From contig CBFFSA010000005.1 in NCBI GenBank assembly GCA_965644495.1, forward strand, positions 62,001-126,000: a stretch of 64,000 nt of DNA. The letters run 5' to 3'. The DNA comes from Perkinsela sp. CCAP 1560/9. Lineage: Eukaryota; Protista; Euglenozoa: Kinetoplastea. The notes below the pieces were generated by a model. It was not told where the DNA came from and did not search any database. It saw nothing but the letters and a program-made list of their open reading frames with translations. The position numbers and the translations under genes are program-made. Each line of letters starts with the position of its first letter. Position 1 is the first letter of the stretch. Below are positions 55,950-64,000 of the stretch, in pieces.

Positions 55950-58249
55950 CGCACTCCAATACCCGGCTTGGAAGGAATACACCGCCGGTGTATGCCATGA
56001 TTTTATTAACAAGTCAGTGGAGGGCAAGGTCGAGATGGCCTGGAACCTCCTCCTCGCCGTTAAACGTTTCCTTTTTCTCCCCAAGGACAAGCTGTCGCCA
56101 CGCCAGCTAGCGCGCGAACTGAGAATGCGTGCCCATCTAGAGGGTTCGGAGACCTTGACTCCATCCCCGAGTCAGGCCAACGGCCCCCCGTGGTCTGTCA
56201 AAAACGGGTCGAGGAATTGTGCAGGGCGGGTTGCTTCTCCAGGGCGGCCAAAACGATGGAGGCGCCCCTCAATCCTCCGGCCAACCCCACGGCGGCCCTA
56301 GAACAGGCTAAGCGTCCACACCCCACAGGCGGGCTCTACACTGCGGGGAAATTCAGGTACAATAGGGACCGACACGGAACCCTACCCTCCCCAGCCGATG
56401 TGGCCAGGAAGGCTCAAAGCCTGGCCCCTATCCGCGCCCCCGGACCTACGGGATGGACCAAGGAACTGCTTGTCCCAATCCTCATGGAAGATGGACCCCG
56501 CGACTGTATCACGTGGATAATCCACGGGATAATGACTAACTCCCTCCCCCCCTCAATGAGGGAACTGCTCACGGGGGCGTCTTTAAAACTATTCACCAAA
56601 CCGGACTCCCCGGCGGGGCGCCACTCTTCCTACAGGCCCGTCGCCATGGGAGGGTGCATCCTCAAGGTGGCGGGGCTCCTTGCCCTGGATGAAATCCGGG
56701 AACATCTCCCCACTTACTTTCAGGGCATCTAGTTTGGAGCCCAATACACGCAGGGGTGTGAGCACATAATTTATAATGTGCGACAGCACTTCAGGGACAG
56801 GCCGAAGGAGGTCATCGTGGCTGCAGACCTCGAGAACGCTTTCAATAGCATCTCACGGTCGGCAATTTTTAGGGCGGTAAGGGGGGATCCGAAACTTCTC
56901 CCCATTGAGGGCATCACCCTTTTCAGCTACGGTACCACAAGTACCCTTCACCTTGGGGAAGGCCAATGCATCACGAGCTCAAGGGGGGTCAAGCAAGGTG
57001 ACCCCATGGCTCCCATCCTATTTGCCATAGGGATCCAGGGGGCAATCGCCAGAGTGGCGGCCAACTTCACAGGTGCGCTGAAGGTCTGGGCGTACCTAGA
57101 TGACGTCACCTTTGCTGGTGAACCCAAGGTTTGCGCGGAAGCCCTAGAGGCCCTCCGCGAGGAGCTGAAGCATCTTGGGCTACGGCTAAATACCGCTAAA
57201 TGCAAAGTAACTACTAGACGCGAGGACCTCTTCTCCGAGTTCTCCGGATCTCGCATGGTCAACTCCCCCGGGGGGTCAAACTACTGGGGTCAAACTTCGT
57301 CGGGGTGTCGGAGGCTAGGGAGGAAGAATGGGTGCTTTCCAAGGCCCCCAAGGTAATCTCCTTCCTGGGGAAACTCAAGGACATTAGCAGGCAATGCGCC
57401 TTGCCCCTCTTAAGACTCTGTGAGAGTCCTCGATGGAACTGCATCGTAAGGACCCACGAGCCCCGGGTCACTAAAGTGGCCAATACCCAGGTCGACAAAG
57501 CTGTCCTGGCATCTGCTGAGGCCTTGCTCGGGGGGATGGGCTCCTTGGGAAAAACGCCGTTCTCCAATAACCTTTTCACGGCAGATTTCCTGGGGACCAT
57601 CCCCTTCGAGCACAAGGCGGAAGAAATACAGGCCAAGGCGAAGAACGCCCTACAGGGCCGACCCCAAGGCATGTCAGCCAAGGAACAGCGGCGCAACCTC
57701 TGTGAGGCCGCGTTGGGGAAAGCTCCGACGGCTACCCAACTGGTCTGCATGCGACAGACCCAGAACATTCACTCCACTAAGTGGGTGAACGCATGGCCCA
57801 ACAGGCCGGAGTATTACATGCGGGACCCGCAGTGGGAGACTGCGGCCCGTCTCCGGTACTTGGTCGCCGGGGGCCCGACATATGCTTCCAGCAGGGACGG
57901 AAGACCGCCCAAGTTGATGTCACAGTTGTGAACCCACTGGCCCCGTCCTACGTGGAGAAGGAGGCCGCAGAGCCTTCTCATACCCTGAGGATGGCCGAAG
58001 CGGCGCTCACACGATGAGATGGCGACCGCCTGAGGGAAGGAATTTTACCCCTTGGCCTTCACCACGTACGGGATCCCGGACCCAGAGACCTTGAACTTCC
58101 TAACCAAGGTGGCCCGGGCCCACACATCCGACAAGAACGGATGCATGTCCCACCTTCTGATGGCCATAGGGGTGGCCATCCAGAAAGGTAATGCCCAGAT
58201 TGTACAGGCGGCAGTACAAGACTGGTACCGCCGCGGGGTACGAGGCTAG
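55950..58249 (+). pseudogene. Reverse transcriptase plus restriction-like endonuclease (CRE clade), frameshifted
   Basis: RAPGPTGW, YRPVAMG, *FG..GCEHII, DLENAFNSISR, GVKQGDPMAPILF, AYLDD, GLRLN..KC and PDI..VDVTV..PLAFTTYG. In-frame TAG at 56730. Confidence 0.93.
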
Positions 58250-59037
58250 CTGGGCGATGGGGTTTAGGGAGAGGGAAAAAAATGTAATTATAATTATAAT
58301 TACTTATGGATGTGAAACTGGTGAACCTGGAGGGGAGTAAAAGTTGTTATATTAGATACTTGCCATCACAATTTCACAAATAAGCGCTTCAAATAGATAA
58401 TCGTTCTAATCCTACGTCAGTAAGGTTATCAAGCTCATGAGGCGTGTATGTTCTAGTGATTCTTCGGAACGTATATTGTTGATCACTTTGCCAAATTGAG
58501 TTTCTAGAGCGTCTGTAATTGTTTGACGTAGAACGCATTCGTGCTCAAAAACGAGTTCATTGAACTTAAGAGTTTCATCCAGAGCGTGCTCTCAGTCACT
58601 TTCACTCATTTCGAAAATGGGGCGAAACCAGAGAACTTTTTTCTCAACCTACCTTTTCGATGGTCTAACAACAACCGAAGTAAAGTCCACGAGAAAAATG
58701 GCCGTTGTGGCTTGCACAAGTTGTCACTGGCTTGCAGTGGCAGTACGCATGAGGTCCATTAAGTAGTGACAGGAAAGTAGTGACAGGAAAGTAGTGACAA
58801 GAAAGTAGTGACAGGATCTTTTTCCTAAAACAAAAAAAATCCAATCGGTCGAAGTTGCATTTATAATTACTTATGAAAGACATAGGAATTATAAGTCATA
58901 AGGGAGTAAAAGTGCGAGTTCAAGGCGTATTTATAATTACTTATGGAGGGGGGAGTATACAGAGGAGTTTATAGAAAATCCTTTTTAAAAAACTTGAATA
59001 TTACCGTATATATTTTCAGAAGAAAGAATGTTTATTG

Positions 59038-59345
59038 CGCATTACCGTTTAGATAGGCACATTACCGTTTAAATGGCACATTACCGTTCGAATACGAATT
59101 AAAACGGTAACCGACAGACGGTTTAAGTGAAGGAAGTGAAGTGAAGGAAGTGAGGTGCAATAAGCCTTTAATATGCTATATCCAGAACATTAGTTTTTCC
59201 TATTCTTAGAAAATTTCTGAATTAGGATACTAGCAAAGTTGGATGAATATCCTAATTCGACCTTTTTCAGCTTAATATCCTAATTCGCCTTCAGTATTAT
59301 GCTAATTCAGCTTAATATCCTAATTCCGAATTAGGATATTGTTTC
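59038..59345. repeat. Clusters of short motifs (CATTACCGTT; TATCCTAATTC), probable transposon subterminal repeats
   Basis: 3-5 copies of each motif in both orientations. Confidence 0.55.
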
Positions 59346-59407
59346 GACTTGCGGTTTATTATAAATATTTATGCACTAAAACCTAGTATATCAAATTTGT
59401 TCTACCT

Positions 59408-59980
59408 ATGAATCCGATAGCAGGAAGTCTTCTACGAGCTACATGTGTTCTTTTCACTAAAGCGGAGAACAAAGATTCAAATATTCCAGTTAGTGACAAT
59501 TTCACAAAGAGCGATGGTGCATCAATGTTGGCACCACAGATTAGTACGACAGAACTACAACCTACCGAAAATCTACAGCCTACCGAAATTCAGTCTATTA
59601 GTATTACAAAATTTTCTTCGTTAACCTCTAAATCAAAACCAAACGTGCAGATTACAAGTAAAACAAAAGCCACCAAACTGCGAAATAAGTTGGCATTATA
59701 TCACCTTTCTGATCTTGGGTTTAATAGACATCAAAAGCGTTATCTTAAAACTGTACCGCTTGGCGTTCAGGGTGGAGGTCATGTTAATGTAGATGGAAAC
59801 CTTTTTTCCAAATCTACTCAAAAACGGTTAGACGCCCACGGAGTTGCGAGTGGTCTTTTTACGGACCTGAACACCAGTGAAGGATCATCCGGAATCACTC
59901 ACATATGGCTATCTAAAAAAGACATATATTCCATGGGCCTAAAGATACGATCAAATCCTGTGCCGTATATGCAGTGGTAG
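59408..59980 (+). CDS. Hypothetical protein, possibly mitochondrial
   Basis: Intact 190-aa ORF on the host strand with a presequence-like start. Confidence 0.6.
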   Translation: MNPIAGSLLRATCVLFTKAENKDSNIPVSDNFTKSDGASMLAPQISTTELQPTENLQPTEIQSISITKFSSLTSKSKPNVQITSKTKATKLRNKLALYHLSDLGFNRHQKRYLKTVPLGVQGGGHVNVDGNLFSKSTQKRLDAHGVASGLFTDLNTSEGSSGITHIWLSKKDIYSMGLKIRSNPVPYMQW

Positions 59981-60116
59981 ACTACCATAAGTGTGCAGGA
60001 GGCATACACTCATAGAAACGCATTCTACACTTCACGTTGAATCGGATATTTAACGATATGGATTTCGAATTCGGAGTTCAGTCTAGTTTTTTTATCTTAT
60101 CAATCTTTGTCTATGC

Positions 60117-61056
60117 ATTATCACCACCTACGTAAACACGCTAGATACCGGTTCCAAGCCCGGCGTCGCTTCGTTGATACCTAGTATCATTGAAGCGAAG
60201 TGTGAGGAAGATAGGTGGACCCATTGAGCGGAGAACCGCTATACGACGCAAACTTTAAGTTTACGCATTGAAAGAATGGAAGGAGAGAAAGAAAGACACG
60301 GAAAGCAAGGAAGAGAAGGAATAAAGGAAGGAATGAAGGAATGAATGAACGAAGGAAAGAAAAAATGAAGAAATGAATGAATGAAAGTAGGAGAGAAGGA
60401 AAGAAAAAAGAAAGGAGGGGAGAGATAGATAGCAAAAGATGGAGACAGTGAGAAAAAACGAAAGGGAAAGAAGCGAGGAAAAGAAAGAATGTGACGGAAA
60501 GCGAGAAAGCAATGGAGAGAATGAATGGATGAATGCAAGAGCGAAGAAAAGAATGGAAACGCATTGAAAGAATGGAAGGAGAGAAAGAAAGACACGGAAA
60601 GCAAGGAAGAGAAGGAATAAAGGAAGGAATGAAGGAATGAATGAACGAAGGAAAGAAAAAATGAAGAAACGAATGACTGAAAGAATGATAGAAAGAATGA
60701 GAAAGAAAGAAAGAAAGAAGGAGAAAGAAAGAAATAAGGAGAAAGAAAGAAAGAAAGAAAGAAGGTGAAAGAAAGAAAGGAGAAAGAAAGAAAGAAAGAA
60801 GGAGAAAGAAAAGAGAAAGAAAGAACGAAGGAGAAAGAAAGAAAGAAGGAGAAAGAAAGAAAGAACGAAGGAGAAAGAAAGAAAGAAGGTGAAAGAAAGA
60901 GAGAACGAGAAAAAAAGAAAGAAACAGAGAGGGAGAGAGAGGGAGAAGCAAGCAAAAGAGAAAGAGAAAGAGAGAGAGAGTCAACAGCCCCAAAGGCATG
61001 CCTGTCACCCTCCGGCCTGGAACCAGTATCTAGGTGCATACGTAGGTGATGATAAT
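60117..61056. mobile_element. Element with ~45-bp imperfect inverted ends enclosing a GA-rich simple-sequence tract
   Basis: TATCACCACCTACGTA..CTAGATACCGGTTCCA pairs with TGGAACCAGTATCTAG..TACGTAGGTGATGATA; internal GAAA repeats and a ~110-bp duplication. Confidence 0.65.
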
Positions 61057-62488
61057 GTGAGGGTTGGTAGTCCTAATCTGGGCTTACCCAGAGAGGGTCC
61101 ACCAACCCGTCATTATCGCGGCGCAGTAGACGCGCCATGGCAGGCCAGGCACCATGAAGGCCAAAAAAAAATGTTTTGACAACACCGGGCTTGAAACCCG
61201 GCCTGCACCAAAATCCGAAAACTAATTCGGCGGAATTCAAGCAGATTCGATAGAGCGTGGAGCCGCTGTTTGACATAGCGTGGAGCCGCTCGCATGGAGT
61301 GTGGAGCCGCTGTTTTAGCAGCGTGGAGCCACTCATGCTGATTTGATAGAGCGTGGAGTCGCTGTTTGACATAGCGTGGAGCCGCTCGCATGGAGTGTGG
61401 AGCCGCTGTTTTAGCAGCGTGGAGCCACTCATACTGATTTGATGGAGCGTGGAGCCGCTGTTTGACACAGCGTGGAGCCGCTCGCATGGAGTGTGGAGCC
61501 GCTGTTTTAGCAGCGTCGAGCCACTCATACTGATTTGATGGAGCGTGGAGCCGCTGTTTGACACAGCGTGGAGCCGCTCGCATGGAGTGTGGAGCCGCTG
61601 TTTTAGCAGCGTCGAGCCACTTATACTGATTTGATGGAGCGTGGAGCCGCTGTTTGATATCGCGTGGAGCCGCTCGCATGGAGTGTGGAGCCGCTGTTTT
61701 AGCAGCGTCGAGCCACTCATGCTGATTTATAGGAGCGGAGATCCGCTGTTTGATACAGCGTCGAACCGCTCGCATGTAGTGTAGATTCTCGCCGTTTCTG
61801 CAGCGTCGAGCCACTCATGCTGATTTGATGGAGCGTAGATCCGCTGTTTGATGCAGCGTCGAACAGCTCGCATGGAGTGTAGATCCGCATGTAGCGTTGA
61901 ATCAGTCGCGTTGATTTGATAGGGAATGTGGCGTTTGATACAGAATATGACCGGTAGTAGGGTACTGCCTCTCGTGGAATTGCAATGGAGCGTGTGACGG
62001 CAGTTGGATACAGTGTCGGTCTGGATGACTACAGTTCCACGTGTGGACTCTGACTCGCTTTTATTATTACGTTTTGGATACGCCATACCTTTTGTAAGTG
62101 TGGTATCCCTGCATCATAGATGATGCGTAAATTAGTGGAACCCTAAATGACCAGTGCCATTGAGTCGTAGTTACTCGTTTAGTGGAGGGTTTCTAGGTTT
62201 TAATGGAGCGGCCTTTCCTAGAGTAGTTCCACTAGTAAGAGTAGTAAGAATGCTAATTCAGTATAGATTCCTAGTAATACAAGTAGAGACTAGTTGAAGT
62301 AGTACAGTTCTGTATAGTTCTGGTGGTTTAAACGTGTGTATATGTGGGGTTGCCGTCCGAATAATTAACGTCTGAATAAATATTCTAAGAATGATGGTGT
62401 GCTCGGCTTCATTCATTGAACCGCCGTGATAATGACGGGTTGGTGAACCCTCTCTGGGTAAGCCCAGATTAGGACTACCAACCCTCAC
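61057..62488. mobile_element. TIR element (~67-bp TIRs) carrying a 96-bp minisatellite
   Basis: GTGAGGGTTGGTAGTCCTAATCTGGGCTTACCCAGAGAGGG... at both ends, inverted; AAT on both sides. Confidence 0.88.
61249..61890. repeat. 96-bp tandem repeat (5 conserved plus ~2 diverged units) built of GTGGAGCC subunits
   Basis: Units start at 61249, 61345, 61441, 61537 and 61633. Confidence 0.92.
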
Positions 62489-62764
62489 AATATTGCCCTT
62501 CTTTTATGGCCAAAACCTCTAGGTAAAGGGGATTAGAGGTAAAAATGACACAGACACTGTAAAGAAAAAGGATCCGTTGAATTTTCATCACCAATGTTTG
62601 GTTGGTGCCAGGAGTTCTGTATATCGTCAGTAGAATACACTTTTTTAGATACGTCTTCCTCAACAACTTCCATGTTGGCATTGGCTTCCTTGTTGAGGGA
62701 GACACTACTCCCTCGCTGCCCTATATTACCGCCTCCCTATTTACTACTGCGCTCATAAGTAATT

Positions 62765-63180
62765 TGTTGTGGTGGTTGTATAACTACCGCTCTACCCTCG
62801 ATTATTGAAAAAGTGAACAAAAACAGTGAAAATATAAAGAGGAACTCAGTAATATATTCGAATAAAAAAATGTAAAAGGGGGCCCCGGTGGTCCAAAACT
62901 GAAAAAAAAATAAAAAAATGGGGGGTCTAGGGGGGGTCCATGGGGGGGGGCATACGTCGCAAGTTTTTTTCGATTTTTTTGCTTTTCAAAATCGATCGCA
63001 GGGAAGTGGTAGAGTACGCCGCGGCGATGATTTTCCACCCCTCCCCACCTCGGGGTGATCCCCCCCTGGTACGCACAGGAGGGGTCCGATAAGGTGAAAT
63101 TTTCCGAAAATTTTGGGGTGACCAAAAAGGGGGTATGAGGGCACTTCCCCTGAGTGGTCATCAAGGTGCCCGCGTGTCAA
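62765..63180 (-). mobile_element. Diverged family B-related element, 3' part
   Basis: GGTGGTTGTATAACTACCGCTCTAC end hairpin and the following AT-rich block match 37146-37330. Confidence 0.8.
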
Positions 63181-64000
63181 AACGGAAATCGTCGAAGGGA
63201 CACAGAATCATCGAAGGTGTTTTAATTTGCTTTGGGGAAGATTCTGACACTTTCTTCGGACTTGGCGGTGGTCAAAGCTGGAGGTATGAATTTTAGATAA
63301 AAAAATAGGTAAGGCTGAGTAGAAACGTGAATGAAAAAAGCGTCCGAGGATACGAATTTTCATTGCGCTATGATCTGAAATTATTCGTTAACTTATATTT
63401 TCGAATCCGTAGGCTCGTTCTCACTGTCGCTTTTCTCAAAAATGATGGGAGACTTGCCGAAATGCTCCACAATGCCCTGGAGCATGTTGCGAAAGCGGTT
63501 TTGCCACGCTCATTATGGACCTCTCCGAATTTGACGCATTGAAGGGCGATGTTGCGCTAAAGGCCCTGGGCAGAAGCACAGAAATTATAATACTGGCGTC
63601 TAGTCCAGTCTTTTATAATTCGGTGGACACATTCCGCATGGTTAGCGTGGTAACCATGGAGCTCAACGAACTCTTTGGAATGGTTCACCGCAAAGTGACG
63701 ACAGAACTGTCCCATCCCCGAGTAACCACGCCACGCATCAGAGGCAACCAATGACCGCGCACTCTCCAAGTGCGGAAGTATGAAATTGCGTAAAGTTTGA
63801 TAAACCCTTTATCAATTACATCGATGCTTTAATTTTTAACTATTTCTGTCCCCTCCTGATACAGTACAGTAGTTTCATGATACAGTAATTTCATGATACA
63901 GTAATTTCATGATTTTTAAGCACCCCGTGCGTAACTTATTAAGTTAGGGGTTATCTATACTGATCTGCGATCATCAGATTTCCGGTGAATAAGGATGACT

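Larger units (their letters stand above)
51254..58282 (+). mobile_element. Full-length but decayed CRE-clade non-LTR retrotransposon with 5' SL and 3' A7
   Basis: Order: SL, UTR, zinc-finger ORF1 region, 2A-like peptide, tandem repeats, RT, REL endonuclease, short A tail. Confidence 0.88.
51026..58955. mobile_element. Tc1/mariner-type element that hosts the nested insertions
   Basis: 24-bp TIR CT(T/C)CCCCCTCCATAAGTAATTATA with 1 mismatch; TA on both sides; TATAATTACTTATG repeated internally. Confidence 0.8.

Noticed and set aside
58259-58275. Telomere-like GGGTTTAGGG at the retroelement 3' end
   Set aside because: A single unit in a G-rich 3' UTR is not enough to claim telomere targeting.
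60187-61039. Phe/Ser/Leu-rich 270-aa membrane-like ORFs
   Set aside because: They are translations of a GA/TC simple repeat.
61249-61890. CRISPR-like repeat/spacer appearance
   Set aside because: The apparent spacers recur identically every 96 bp, there are no cas genes, and the context is eukaryotic. It is a minisatellite.
63327-63754. Two overlapping short + strand ORFs (also 5142-5438 and 50375-50957)
   Set aside because: They have no recognisable motifs; I cannot tell gene from decayed TE sequence.

Overview
Eukaryotic nuclear DNA from a kinetoplastid, inferred to be an early-branching Perkinsela-like lineage. About 25 intronless host genes lie head-to-tail on the + strand in a polycistronic layout. 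They include HAS1, cytochrome b5 reductase, SDHAF2, BUD31, RPS26, a PHO80-type cyclin, a SNF7 protein, Rieske ISP, a DEAD-box helicase, TRM7, RRP36, the PCTAIRE kinase CRK1, AK6, EF-1beta, a ~25-finger RanBP2 protein, MYG1, a La protein, CNS1, a malonyl transferase and a kinesin. A dense, nested set of mobile elements is interleaved with them. Main observations: (1) Three retroelement copies each begin with a genomic copy of the kinetoplastid spliced-leader (SL) exon joined directly to a 5'UTR, with no SL intron. The longest is a decayed CRE-clade non-LTR retrotransposon. (2) Two diverged copies share a perfectly conserved non-canonical 2A/StopGo peptide, CNLRRGCIEANPGP. (3) About nine host genes show an abrupt switch from C-rich to G-rich in mid-gene. 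(4) Many DNA transposons are present (hAT, Tc1/mariner, Harbinger-like, and a hairpin-ended HUH-like family), a class considered absent from trypanosomatids. All calls come from reading the sequence by eye; no database search or computation was run.
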